DNA of 64,000 nucleotides. It comes from an uncultured Chromatiales bacterium (GTDB lineage: Bacteria > Pseudomonadota > Gammaproteobacteria > S012-40). The notes beneath the pieces were generated by a model, which was not told the origin of the DNA, searched no databases, and saw only the letters and a list, made by a program, of their open reading frames with translations. The DNA lies in assembly GCA_964442745.1 (NCBI GenBank), contig CAYUAI010000001.1, forward strand, positions 69,175 through 133,174, given 5' to 3'. The position numbers and the translations under genes were made by a program. Shown one piece after another: positions 20,647-30,687 of this stretch. Position 1 is the stretch's first letter; each line of letters starts with the position of its first letter.

Positions 20647-23475
20647 TTAGCCATGACTCCGTTTTCGTAGCTGTAACATTAAGCTTTCTGCTTCCCGTTT
20701 TTGCTCTTCATTACCACTTTGCACAACTTCGTATAATAGTTCATTGGCCGCTTCAACATCACCCATATCCACATAGGCACGAGCTAATTCCATTTTGGTA
20801 GCAACCTCATCATTTAGCAAGAAAAATGAGCCTTGCTGGCCCTCAGATACAGATTCCTGCGTCGAATCGTTAACAATACCATCTGCGGGCATTTGACCCA
20901 CCACCGCATGAGTGAATTCCGACTTCGGCTCATCACCTAAAGGAGCCAACACTGAAAAGTCATGCACATCCAGCATGGCAGAAAGCTCATGGGCTTGCTC
21001 GTCATCTGAGATTTCTATTTTGGACAAATGATCCACATCTAAGGCCGACGGTTTATCCTTAGCCGCTATGTCATCAATAAACAAATCCGCCTTGATATCA
21101 ACATCGTCAGGGGATTTATCTACGACGGGGTTGGCTGGCGGTGATTTCGTGGAAAAATCAGGCACACTAAATTCTAACGGTGGCAAATCATCATCTTGCC
21201 ATTCCTCACTGGCTGCAGATTCACCTACCTCGCTTAAAGAACCCGATATACTTGCTGCCGTTTCTTGTTTTTCGGAAACAAATTTAGGGGTTAATTCAAG
21301 GCTGCCATCAGCACTTTCCGCGTATAACTCGTAACTACCGGGCAGCTTATCGATCTCCTCCTCATCCATCGCTTGCGGAGGCGTGGCTTCATCATCTTTT
21401 GCTTGGGCGCCTGAAACTTGTTCAGTAAAGTCCTCAGATGGCAACTTTGCGAGCAACTCATGATCAGCCTGCTGGCCTTTAAAAGCAGGATTATCAGGAC
21501 ATAATTCAACCCCCATATCCATCACCCGCTCCCAAATCGGATGCTCTGCACCGCCGAGTACACGATAGAGTTGATCAGCCCGCTCATTAAATGTCTCAAT
21601 ATCCCGTTGTGCGTACGAAATTTCCAGTAATTTCAGCTTTAACTGATGTCGCTCTGGTTCGATTTTAATGGCTGTTTTTAATAAATCTTCTGCTTTTTTA
21701 AAGCGTCCATAGGCGATATAAACATCCGCTTCAGCCAGAGGATCAATATCACTGGAGCCACTGGCCATCTGACTATTTTCGGGGGGAGCAGCAAAACCCA
21801 AATCTGAAATTGCACTAAAGTCATGGACTTCAATCTGCTCTTCTTCATTACCTGTGTGACTACTGCCCTCACTCAGATCATTTTGACTCGGGTCATCTGC
21901 CTCTGGCGTAAACCAAGTATCTTCTTCCCGCATTGAGGCAAGTTCAGCCTCTTCATCTTTATCGATTCGTTTGCGAATCAACATCCAGATCAACACAATT
22001 AACAATAACAATACCCCGGCAGCGGTTGCCAAATTCACAGGGTCTTGCAGTAATGCTTGGATTTTCTCTTTAAGGTTATCCACTGTTGATGGCAGTGCCG
22101 CTTCTTGCTCAGCGAGCTCAGGAATAACATTGCCTTCAGACAATATTTCAGTCACAGCAACGTCCTCACCCAAGCTTTGCTCATCCGTGCCTGGCACATT
22201 GAGCTCAAGCGTTGGCACATCTGCCTCGACTTCAACCTCAGACGTTGTTCCTTGCAACATTTGCAACTCTTGATCTTTTAATTGGATCAAGCGTTGCATC
22301 GACGCCACTTGATTCTCCAACGCAGACAAACGAGTATTGAGTTCCTCATTTTCCCGACGTGAGGCCTCAGCAGCTTCATTAGTTAAAGCCAGCTCAATAC
22401 GTACCGCTTTAATCTCTTCTGACGAAGCATTCACACCCGCATTATCATTACCGACCGGTATAAAATCTTCGCTTACCGGACTCACTAGCTCAAGCAACTC
22501 AGGTGTATCATTCGCCAGTTCGGTAGTCTCATCAAACACGTCAAGGCTGTCACTACCGCGTGGCGTAACATCAGCGGATTTGGATGTCACTGCATTACTT
22601 GCCTTGCGCTGCCGACTCACTTCCAACCATTCTCGATGATGTCGTTTCATCTCAGCAATCGCCTCGGCTTTGCTGATGCCCGGCAATGCCTGAGGGTCCT
22701 TGATGCGCAAGATCGCGCCGGCATTTAGCATTGATACATTATTACCAAAAAACGCTCGAGGATTATCACGAAACAGACCTAACATCATTTGTTCAACGGA
22801 GATACCGGTGGGCTTTATCGCATCCGCAATTTCCCATAACGTGTCGTTATTCTTCACGGGTCCATATTGAATATCATCCTGCTCTGTATCAGCAAAAAAA
22901 TCATCATTGGAAGCAGGCAATGAACGTTCAATCGGTGCCGGTTCAGTGACAGGCATCGAGCTTTCTAACGGCTGATTTATTGCGAAACGGGTGGGGAGTG
23001 TGCTTTTAGGGGGATCCACTGGCGCTGTTTTTTCATCGACAAAAACCGGCGGATCCAGCAATACGGTAAACTCTTTTAACGTTCGACCATTTGGCCAATT
23101 AAATTCGAGAAGAAAACTCAGAAAAGGCTCACGAATCGAGTCTTTGCTACTGATGTGAACACGATACTCGCCCTTTACATCCTCAAGTATTTTGAAGCTT
23201 AAATGCTTTAGCTCAGGGGTTAAATCAATACCCATGCGCTCGTAAACATCATCCCTTGCTAAAGAAACCGTTAACCCATCGAGATCTTTTGGTTTTATAT
23301 TTTTAATGGGGATTTCGGCATCGAGTGGCTGATTCAGCGCAGAGTTTAATGAGATGTTACCAACACCCAGTGCAAAAACCGTCGCCGGTGACATAAAAAG
23401 ACACAGCAAAACAGTAGTACAAACGGTTAAACAAATTTTTTTGAGGAGATAAAACCTTCCGATACTAACGTCCAT
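20647..23475 (-). CDS. fimV: Type IV pilus / polar-organising peptidoglycan-binding protein FimV
   Basis: About 940 aa with a signal/TM N-terminus and a LysM-like motif (YGPVKNNDTLWEIADAI). It also has a long acidic coiled-coil region, a central TM segment, TPR-like repeats and the conserved FimV C-terminal peptide (ATKMELARAYVDMGDVEAANELLYEVV). It sits between truA and asd, as in Pseudomonas. I prefer the ATG at 23475 over the TTG at 23505. Confidence 0.85.
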   Translation of the reverse strand: MDVSIGRFYLLKKICLTVCTTVLLCLFMSPATVFALGVGNISLNSALNQPLDAEIPIKNIKPKDLDGLTVSLARDDVYERMGIDLTPELKHLSFKILEDVKGEYRVHISSKDSIREPFLSFLLEFNWPNGRTLKEFTVLLDPPVFVDEKTAPVDPPKSTLPTRFAINQPLESSMPVTEPAPIERSLPASNDDFFADTEQDDIQYGPVKNNDTLWEIADAIKPTGISVEQMMLGLFRDNPRAFFGNNVSMLNAGAILRIKDPQALPGISKAEAIAEMKRHHREWLEVSRQRKASNAVTSKSADVTPRGSDSLDVFDETTELANDTPELLELVSPVSEDFIPVGNDNAGVNASSEEIKAVRIELALTNEAAEASRRENEELNTRLSALENQVASMQRLIQLKDQELQMLQGTTSEVEVEADVPTLELNVPGTDEQSLGEDVAVTEILSEGNVIPELAEQEAALPSTVDNLKEKIQALLQDPVNLATAAGVLLLLIVLIWMLIRKRIDKDEEAELASMREEDTWFTPEADDPSQNDLSEGSSHTGNEEEQIEVHDFSAISDLGFAAPPENSQMASGSSDIDPLAEADVYIAYGRFKKAEDLLKTAIKIEPERHQLKLKLLEISYAQRDIETFNERADQLYRVLGGAEHPIWERVMDMGVELCPDNPAFKGQQADHELLAKLPSEDFTEQVSGAQAKDDEATPPQAMDEEEIDKLPGSYELYAESADGSLELTPKFVSEKQETAASISGSLSEVGESAASEEWQDDDLPPLEFSVPDFSTKSPPANPVVDKSPDDVDIKADLFIDDIAAKDKPSALDVDHLSKIEISDDEQAHELSAMLDVHDFSVLAPLGDEPKSEFTHAVVGQMPADGIVNDSTQESVSEGQQGSFFLLNDEVATKMELARAYVDMGDVEAANELLYEVVQSGNEEQKREAESLMLQLRKRSHG

Positions 23476-23519
23476 TATTTCCGTTGCCTTCCTGCCCACC
23501 TGCAAGCACAGTTTGTCAC

Positions 23520-24542
23520 CTACAAGTAGTCGTTTATTAAAATTTCAGCAATTTGCACGCTGTTAAGAGCGGCCCCCTTGCGGACGTTATCGGCAACTAC
23601 CCATAAATTTAAACCTTTGGTGCAAGAAATATCTTCCCTGATTCGTCCGACATAAACCGGATCGTTTTTTGCGCCCTCGGTGACCGCTGTCGGGTATCCT
23701 CCGGGTTTGCGCTCATCCAGCACCACGATACCGGGCGCTTTTTCCAAGAGGTCTCTGGCCATAAGCGTGGTAATCTTGTCACGTGTCTCAATATGAATCG
23801 CCTCGGAATGCCCATAAAACACCGGTACCCGCACGGCCGTCGGGTTGACCAATATCTCGCTATCCTCCAAAATTTTACGGGTTTCCCAAAGCATTTTCAT
23901 TTCTTCTTTGGTATAACCGTTGTCCATAAACACATCAATCTGTGGAATCACATTAAAAGCGATCTGCTTGGGATAAACGTCGGTAATCATTTCTTTGAGA
24001 TTAAGCAATGCCGTGGTTTGGCCAATTAACTCATTCATTGCCGTTTTGCCCGACCCAGAAACCGCCTGGTAAGTGGCCACATTAATACGTGTAATACCAA
24101 CCGCATCATAAATCGGCTTTAACGCTACTAGCATTTGGATGGTTGAGCAATTAGGATTGGCAATAATGCTGCGGGCTTGGTAGCCATCAATTGCGTGAGC
24201 ATTAACTTCAGGCACAATGAGCGGAACATCATTGTCATATCGAAAATGTGACGTATTATCAATTACCACACAACCACATTCCGCCGCTTTCGGTGCATAC
24301 TCGGCAGAAACCGAGCCACCCGCTGAAAATAAGCCAATGTCAGCTTGGCTAAAATCAAATTCAGCTAAATGGCCTACCTTATATAATTTCCCATTTAATT
24401 CAACCCGACTACCCGCCGAACGTTCGCTCGCCAAGGGATAAAACTCAGCGATTGGAAAATGACGCGCCTGCAAGATGGATATCATTGTCTCACCCACCGC
24501 TCCCGTCGCACCAACCACCGCGACATTATACTTTTTGGTCAT
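23520..24542 (-). CDS. asd: Aspartate-semialdehyde dehydrogenase
   Basis: 340 aa with the N-terminal VAVVGATGAVG Rossmann motif and the active-site NPNCSTIQM. Confidence 0.96.
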   Translation of the reverse strand: MTKKYNVAVVGATGAVGETMISILQARHFPIAEFYPLASERSAGSRVELNGKLYKVGHLAEFDFSQADIGLFSAGGSVSAEYAPKAAECGCVVIDNTSHFRYDNDVPLIVPEVNAHAIDGYQARSIIANPNCSTIQMLVALKPIYDAVGITRINVATYQAVSGSGKTAMNELIGQTTALLNLKEMITDVYPKQIAFNVIPQIDVFMDNGYTKEEMKMLWETRKILEDSEILVNPTAVRVPVFYGHSEAIHIETRDKITTLMARDLLEKAPGIVVLDERKPGGYPTAVTEGAKNDPVYVGRIREDISCTKGLNLWVVADNVRKGAALNSVQIAEILINDYL

Positions 24543-24570
24543 TTAACACATTCCTTAAAAACTAGAGTTC

Positions 24571-24735
24571 AGCCAACATCGGGCAACCGATCATTTAATC
24601 CCACTTGAGACCGTGGTTCCAGCGGAATTTTTCTTCCGGCGGCGATACAAAGCAAAAATCTGCCGCCTTCAGAAAACCCTCTGTGAAATCAATTCTCTTC
24701 GCGATTTTCAAACACGAGGCGGCCCAATCTCGGGT
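24571..24735. mobile_element. MITE-like element (family 2), copy 1
   Basis: It shares its left end (CCAACATCGGGCAACCGATCATTTAATC) and a roughly 55-nt core (CCTTCAGAAAACCCTCTGTGAAATCAATTCTCTTCGCGATTTTCAAACAC) with 30415-30575. It fills the asd-leuB intergenic gap and abuts the leuB stop codon. Confidence 0.7.
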
Positions 24736-25830
24736 TTAGCTTATTGAATTGATATTTTTGAGCGCCTGTACAATGGCATCGCCCATCTGTGATGTCGTTA
24801 CTTTTGTCGTGCCAGCCGTATAAATATCCGCCGTACGCAAACCACTGGCTAATACCTCATCCACCGCCAGCTCGATACTTTTGGCTAAACCACTTTCATT
24901 CAATGAATAACGCAGCATCATTGCCACCGACAATATCGTCGCCATCGGATTGGCAATACCTTGATTGGCAATATCTGGCGCTGAACCATGAATCGGCTCA
25001 TACATGCCCTTGCCCATGGCATCCAACGATGCCGAGGGCAACATACCAATCGAGCCGGTTAGCATCGCAGCACAATCTGACAAAATATCACCAAACATAT
25101 TCGTCGTGACGATGACATCAAATTGTTTCGGGGCTCGTACCAATTGCATTGCCGCATTATCAACGTACATGTGGCTTAACTCAACATCTGGATAATCTCT
25201 CGCCACATCGGTCATAACTTCGCGCCATAATTCAGTGCATTCTAGTACATTTGCCTTATCCACCGAACAGAGTTTTTTATGGCGCTTCTCGGCAATTTCG
25301 AATGCAATACGCGCAATCCGTTGAATTTCTGATTCACTATAAACGAGCGTGTTAAAACCTTGCCGTTCACCATTGGCTAACGTTCGAATGCCGCGCGGCT
25401 GGCCAAAATAAATGCCTCCGGTTAACTCACGTACAATGAGAATATCCAAACCCGCGACCACCTCGGGTTTTAAGCTTGAGGCTTGCGCTAATTGAGGCGC
25501 CAAAATCGCCGGTCTTAAATTGGCAAATAAACCCAGCTCTGCACGTAATCCAAGCAAACCTTTTTCCGGTCGCTGAGCCATCGGCAACGATTCCCATTGC
25601 GGACCACCCACGGCCCCAAGCAAAATCGCATCAGCCGATTTCACACACATTTGGGTTTCATCCGGCAACGGTATCCCCTTCGCCTCAATCGCGGCTCCCC
25701 CGATAAGCGCGTCTTCTATCATTAACTGAAAACCAAAATCACTCTGTAGGCAATGTAATACTTTTAAAGCTTCTGCCACAATTTCTGGCCCAATGCCATC
25801 CCCTGCCAGTACTGCAATTTTCTTCATCAT
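24736..25830 (-). CDS. leuB: 3-isopropylmalate dehydrogenase
   Basis: 364 aa starting [17 protein letters not shown], with the signature NMFGDILSD. Confidence 0.97.
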   Translation of the reverse strand: MMKKIAVLAGDGIGPEIVAEALKVLHCLQSDFGFQLMIEDALIGGAAIEAKGIPLPDETQMCVKSADAILLGAVGGPQWESLPMAQRPEKGLLGLRAELGLFANLRPAILAPQLAQASSLKPEVVAGLDILIVRELTGGIYFGQPRGIRTLANGERQGFNTLVYSESEIQRIARIAFEIAEKRHKKLCSVDKANVLECTELWREVMTDVARDYPDVELSHMYVDNAAMQLVRAPKQFDVIVTTNMFGDILSDCAAMLTGSIGMLPSASLDAMGKGMYEPIHGSAPDIANQGIANPMATILSVAMMLRYSLNESGLAKSIELAVDEVLASGLRTADIYTAGTTKVTTSQMGDAIVQALKNINSIS

Positions 25831-25948
25831 TGCTATCTTCCACGATCAATCCTGTAATCCACTCAAACCGACAAGCACTCGCATCAATCCGCTCACTGAC
25901 AGCCCACCACGGTCAATATTCACCCAAATTTATCAGACCATGCTCAGT

Positions 25949-26611
25949 CTATTTCACAACCGCTTTGCGTTCACAAAACAACCAAGGCGCTTCTTTTTGG
26001 CGTTGTAATTCATATTGTTTAATCGCATCAACATGCTGTAATGTCAGGTCAATATCATCCTGGCCCTTGATCAAACATTCTTTCCTGAAAGCATCAAGCT
26101 CGAACTCAATGGTCAATTGCCCAGGCGTTGTTATTTGCTGTGTCGGCAAATCTATCACCAGTTGATAGCCCTCCGTTGCCAGGGTTTCTTGAAACAACTG
26201 ATCAACGATTGATTTACTTAATATGATGGGTAGAATACCATTCTTAAAACAATTATTGTAAAAAATATCCGCAAAACTTGGTGCAATAATCGCCCGAAAT
26301 CCGTAATCTTGCAATGCCCAAGGCGCATGCTCACGACTGGAACCACAACCGAAATTATCTCTCGCAAGCAGTATGGTCGCCCCCGAATAGCGCGCCTGAT
26401 TTAAAATAAAATCGGGATTGGGTTGCCGTTTACGCTGATCCATACCTGGCTCACCATGATCCAAATAACGCCACTCATCAAACAAATTGGGACCAAAACC
26501 GGTCCGTTTGATTGACTTTAAAAATTGTTTTGGAATCATCGCATCAGTATCCACATTCGATTTATCTAATGGAACAACAAGCCCTGTGCATTGGTTAAAT
26601 GCTTGCATCAA
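25949..26611 (-). CDS. leuD: 3-isopropylmalate dehydratase small subunit
   Basis: 220 aa with typical LeuD blocks ([27 protein letters not shown]). Confidence 0.96.
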   Translation of the reverse strand: MMQAFNQCTGLVVPLDKSNVDTDAMIPKQFLKSIKRTGFGPNLFDEWRYLDHGEPGMDQRKRQPNPDFILNQARYSGATILLARDNFGCGSSREHAPWALQDYGFRAIIAPSFADIFYNNCFKNGILPIILSKSIVDQLFQETLATEGYQLVIDLPTQQITTPGQLTIEFELDAFRKECLIKGQDDIDLTLQHVDAIKQYELQRQKEAPWLFCERKAVVK

Positions 26612-26620
26612 GCGTTCTCC

Positions 26621-28030
26621 TCAAACTAATGTACGTACATCAACAAAGTGCCCAGCAACAGCGGCGGCAGCGGCCATGGCGGGACTCACTAAATGCGTCC
26701 GTCCAGCTGTGCCCTGGCGACCCACAAAATTTCGATTGGAAGTCGAGGCGCAACGCTCTTGTGGTGCTAAGCGATCAGCATTCATCGCTAAACACATCGA
26801 ACACCCCGGTTCTCGCCATTCAAAACCCGCCTCACGAAAAATATCGTGCAAACCTTCTTGCTCAGCTAATTGTTTCACTAAACCCGAACCAGGAACTACC
26901 ATCGCCAATTTGATATTGGCTGCCACTTTTCGGCCTTTGACAATGTGTGCCGCTTGACGTAAATCCTCAATCCGTGAGTTAGTACACGAACCAATAAACA
27001 CGGTATCAATGTGAATGGCCGTCATTGGCGTATTAGCCTCAAGCCCCATATATTCAAGAGCGGCGCGCATACCTGCTCGTTTGACCTCATCCCGTTCAGT
27101 CATGGGGTCCGGCACATGACCATCAATGGCAACCACCATTTCCGGTGACGTCCCCCAACTCACCTGCGGTTTAATCTCTGCGGCATCAAGATCAACCACA
27201 CAATCAAACTGAGCATCCGCATCACTATGCAAATATTGCCAAGCCGTGACCGCCTGTTGCCATTGCTCACGGGTCGGTGCGAAGGGTCGATTTTTTACAT
27301 AGTCGATGGTTTTTTGATCCACCGCGATCATGCCGACACGTGCCCCCGCCTCAATCGCCATATTACATACCGTCAGGCGCCCTTCGATGGATAATGCCTT
27401 AATCGCATCGCCACCAAACTCAATGGCATACCCGGTGCCGCCCGCCGTGCCTATCTTGCCGATAATCGCCAAAATAATATCCTTGCCAGTAATGCCAAGC
27501 ATCGCTTGGCCATTCACTTGAATTAGCATATTTTTTGATTTTTGTTGAATCAAGCACTGGGTCGCTAACACATGCTCTACTTCTGAGGTGCCAATACCAA
27601 AAGCTAATGCGCCTAGGGCACCGTGGGTGGCGGTATGTGAATCACCACACACCACCGTCATACCTGGCAAAGTCGCGCCTTGTTCCGGTCCTATCACATG
27701 AACAATGCCCTGCCGAATATCATTCATTTTATATTCAGTGATACCAAAGTCTTCACAGTTTTTATCCAGTGTTTCTACCTGTAATCGGGAGATCGGATCG
27801 GCAATCCCCTGGATTCGATCCACGGTGGGTACATTATGATCGGGGGTCGCCAAGTTTGCCTGCGTTCGCCACACTTGCCGCCCTGCCAATCGCAAACCGT
27901 CAAACGCTTGTGGCGAAGTCACTTCATGCACTAAATGGCGATCGATATATAATAAGGCCGTCCCATTAGGTTGCTCGTATACACAATGCGCCTCCCATAA
28001 TTTGTCGTAGAGCGTTTTACCCGTCATCAT
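26621..28030 (-). CDS. leuC: 3-isopropylmalate dehydratase large subunit
   Basis: 469 aa starting [11 protein letters not shown], with aconitase-family Fe-S cysteines ([19 protein letters not shown]). Confidence 0.97.
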   Translation of the reverse strand: MMTGKTLYDKLWEAHCVYEQPNGTALLYIDRHLVHEVTSPQAFDGLRLAGRQVWRTQANLATPDHNVPTVDRIQGIADPISRLQVETLDKNCEDFGITEYKMNDIRQGIVHVIGPEQGATLPGMTVVCGDSHTATHGALGALAFGIGTSEVEHVLATQCLIQQKSKNMLIQVNGQAMLGITGKDIILAIIGKIGTAGGTGYAIEFGGDAIKALSIEGRLTVCNMAIEAGARVGMIAVDQKTIDYVKNRPFAPTREQWQQAVTAWQYLHSDADAQFDCVVDLDAAEIKPQVSWGTSPEMVVAIDGHVPDPMTERDEVKRAGMRAALEYMGLEANTPMTAIHIDTVFIGSCTNSRIEDLRQAAHIVKGRKVAANIKLAMVVPGSGLVKQLAEQEGLHDIFREAGFEWREPGCSMCLAMNADRLAPQERCASTSNRNFVGRQGTAGRTHLVSPAMAAAAAVAGHFVDVRTLV

Positions 28031-28204
28031 CGTTCCTCAGTCACTACCAATATTTATCATGAATTTTATAGGGGTCATCAACTTTTTGACGCTTCCCCTT
28101 AAAAACACCCGTTGACCCACACGAACCGCTAAGATCATCAATCGTAGTGTACTAATGGCACTACTATTACTCAAACGCATAATATTCATGTAATATATTC
28201 TTAT

Positions 28205-29092
28205 TTGGAATACTTATCTATCGTGGACTTTGCTGCATTACGTGCCTTTACCGCTGTTGCCGAACATCAATCTTTTTCGATGGCGGCCAGTGTATTATTT
28301 TTAAGCCAATCGGCCATCAGTAAACGAATTTCGGGTCTCGAAATGGCCTTGAATTGCAAATTGTTTGATCGAATTGGCCGCAAAACGCTTCTCACAGAAG
28401 CCGGCCTTACCTTACTCCCCCGAGCCCACCAGATACTGGCAGCCGTTGAAGATAGTCGCCATGCACTGCATAATCTGACGGGGGAAGTTAGCGGTGAAGT
28501 AAAAATCGCCACCAGTCATCACATTGGCTTACATCGCCTGCCTCCGGTATTAAAAGCCTATATTCGCCGCCATCAAGCAGTGAGTTTGGATATGCGATTT
28601 TTAAACTCGGAAGCCGCTTGCCACAGCGTTGAACAAGGTGAAGTTGATTTAGCCATTATCACACTACCACTGTACCAGCATCACAAACTGTCCTATGCAC
28701 CACGCTGGACAGACCCCCTGGTCTTTGTGGCTAGCCTCGATCACCCGCTCTGCCCAACAAGCACCATCGAGACAAGCGAGCTTGTCACGCACCGAGCCAT
28801 TCTGTCAGCACCAGACACCTACACCCGAGCGATTCTTGATTCAGCACTCGCCGCTCAACACGTCACAATCCAAACGTGCTTGGTCACCAATTATATGGAA
28901 ACCATAAGAATGATGGTGAGCATCGGTATGGGTTGGAGCTTATTACCTAAATCCATGGTAACCAATGAACTTAAGGTACTCACCGTCAAAGATATCCAAT
29001 TAAGCCGAATGTTAGGCACGGTCATTCATCTCGATCGCACGTTATCCAATGCCAGCAAGGCTTTACTGGAAACACTCCAACAATTCCGTTGA
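28205..29092 (+). CDS. LysR-family transcriptional regulator, divergent from leuC
   Basis: 295 aa with a TTG start and an N-terminal wHTH (LRAFTAVAEHQSFSMAASVLFLSQSAISKRISGLE) followed by a LysR substrate-binding domain. Its position matches the LysR gene next to leuC in Pseudomonas. Confidence 0.9.
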   Translation: MEYLSIVDFAALRAFTAVAEHQSFSMAASVLFLSQSAISKRISGLEMALNCKLFDRIGRKTLLTEAGLTLLPRAHQILAAVEDSRHALHNLTGEVSGEVKIATSHHIGLHRLPPVLKAYIRRHQAVSLDMRFLNSEAACHSVEQGEVDLAIITLPLYQHHKLSYAPRWTDPLVFVASLDHPLCPTSTIETSELVTHRAILSAPDTYTRAILDSALAAQHVTIQTCLVTNYMETIRMMVSIGMGWSLLPKSMVTNELKVLTVKDIQLSRMLGTVIHLDRTLSNASKALLETLQQFR

Positions 29093-29234
29093 CATTCGAC
29101 TCCGTGCTAATTCATGCCGATAACGAGAAATCCAACACCTGGCAAAGTCGTTGCAATACTGCAATTTATTGATCGTTGATGATATTTTCAATATTCATCA
29201 ATGTCGGATTTAGCAATGATAGGAGCATAAAATC

Positions 29235-29441
29235 ATGACGCTGGCACAGCCCAAAAAAAACCTCGCCACACTTCAACCCACGATGGATGAACGGAAACCA
29301 ATGAATGGCAATGGTGCCATTCTCGACCAACATGGTAGTGAAGTTATCATTACAGAAAATATGATTATTGAAGCCTGCGAGAAACTCCATCGAGAATGGG
29401 GGTCCGTATTCCGACCAAGAAATGCAAACAAACTAGAATGA
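29235..29441 (+). CDS. Small hypothetical protein (68 aa)
   Basis: ATG preceded by AGGAG with 9-nt spacing. I recognise no family. Confidence 0.45.
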   Translation: MTLAQPKKNLATLQPTMDERKPMNGNGAILDQHGSEVIITENMIIEACEKLHREWGSVFRPRNANKLE

Positions 29442-29495
29442 TGACAGCAAAGCACCCACAATCCCACTTCATGACGAGTATTGCATGTGATAAAT

Positions 29496-30305
29496 TTATT
29501 CAGCGGTTATCATACGCTCTTCGGTAGCGGCAGCAACCAACTTGTTAAATACGTAACCTTCCACCCTCACTTTGAGCCAATTATCCACACGACCAAGCGA
29601 TTCGATGCTGACCCCCTGAGGAATAGTTAATAGCTTTTGACTCTTGCTCGATGCCTCAACTCTTAAATTAACCCCAAATTTTCCACTCACTGTCAGCACT
29701 TCAACAACGGGTGAGACGGGTATCCCAACCGCTTGATTGTGCTTTATCTGATCCATGGCGTGGGATAACTCAACGAACAATGCCTCAATTTCTTTATTTT
29801 TATCGGCTAATTCTCCGGTCAGTTTTTGATTCGTGCGCTCTATTTGAGAATAGGCTTGAATAGCCGTACCCAGCTTCGCTCGCTCAGCATTCAATGCTTG
29901 TTCGCTTACCACAAATTGCTGGCTTAATTTTTGATTCGACTGTATTACATCCTGATATTGTGCCTCAATTGCTTGCAATTGCTGATGATAAGCGGCAATT
30001 TGATCATCATATTGCTGAATTTTTTTTTCATATTCGGCCATTTTTTCCGCTGGGAAGTCCAATTCTGGTTTTATTTTATGGATTGCTGTATTTTTTTCAC
30101 TCATCAAGTCATCAAACTCTGACCTCGACTTAGCCAATTCAGCTAGACGAGCTTGCAGTCGTCTAATTTCCAGCTGCTTGGCAGACACGTCGCTCAATGC
30201 CACCAATTTCTCATCTTCCCGTTGACCAGCAACAAAAGCCAATATAAGTAATCCCACCAGCAAAACAGTCATGACCCAAAAATATCCACCAGACAACTTT
30301 TCCAT
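29496..30305 (-). CDS. Membrane-anchored coiled-coil protein with C-terminal SH3b-like domain
   Basis: 269 aa with an N-terminal TM segment (YFWVMTVLLVGLLILAFVAG) and about 170 aa of heptad-like Q/E/K-rich sequence. The C-terminal segment is SH3b-like (GVNLRVEASSKSQKLLTIPQGVSIESLGRVDNWLKVRVEGYV). Confidence 0.7.
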   Translation of the reverse strand: MEKLSGGYFWVMTVLLVGLLILAFVAGQREDEKLVALSDVSAKQLEIRRLQARLAELAKSRSEFDDLMSEKNTAIHKIKPELDFPAEKMAEYEKKIQQYDDQIAAYHQQLQAIEAQYQDVIQSNQKLSQQFVVSEQALNAERAKLGTAIQAYSQIERTNQKLTGELADKNKEIEALFVELSHAMDQIKHNQAVGIPVSPVVEVLTVSGKFGVNLRVEASSKSQKLLTIPQGVSIESLGRVDNWLKVRVEGYVFNKLVAAATEERMITAE

Positions 30306-30414
30306 GAAGCACTCCGTGCGTATTGATCAACCAAAGTTCATGCTTTTGAACCTCTCAATCACCTCAAATAGACGCCCAACACGAAGCGGCTTGCAATTGC
30401 TATTCCTGTCTTAA

Positions 30415-30575
30415 AACCGACATTGGGCAGCCTATCATTTGATCTCGATTGATCCTTGATTCCACCAAAATTTTTCGTCAGTCAGCTATACAATAAGCAT
30501 GACCTCCTTCAGAAAAACCCCTGTGAAATCCATTTTCTTCGCGATTTTCAAACACTAAACTGCCCAATGTCGGTT
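30415..30575. mobile_element. MITE-like element (family 2), copy 2, with perfect 16-bp terminal inverted repeats
   Basis: AACCGACATTGGGCAG (30415-30430) is the exact reverse complement of CTGCCCAATGTCGGTT (30560-30575). The interior is homologous to 24571-24735 and, in reverse orientation, to about 59379-59485. Confidence 0.8.
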
Positions 30576-30687
30576 AAAATATTCGATAATCACTCAAAAT
30601 TCATCAGGCCGCTTAAAAAAAACGGACTCACCAAACGTAATAATAATCAAACCAAGCGGGCGAATTCATTGCATTTAAAAAAACATC

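Noticed and set aside
21000-22700. Possible tandem DNA repeats in the acidic middle of fimV
   Set aside because: The protein is compositionally biased (D/E/S/A-rich) but I could find no exact nucleotide periodicity. I treat it as low complexity, not a repeat array.
28156-28170. TGGCAC-N5-TTAC upstream of the LysR gene as a sigma-54 promoter
   Set aside because: The critical -12 GC dinucleotide is AC here. LysR-type regulators are not normally RpoN-dependent.
29116-29123. Exact GCCGATAA (sigma-28 -10 consensus) upstream of the 68-aa ORF
   Set aside because: No TAAAG-like -35 element sits at the required spacing of about 15 nt, and a lone 8-mer match is not sufficient.
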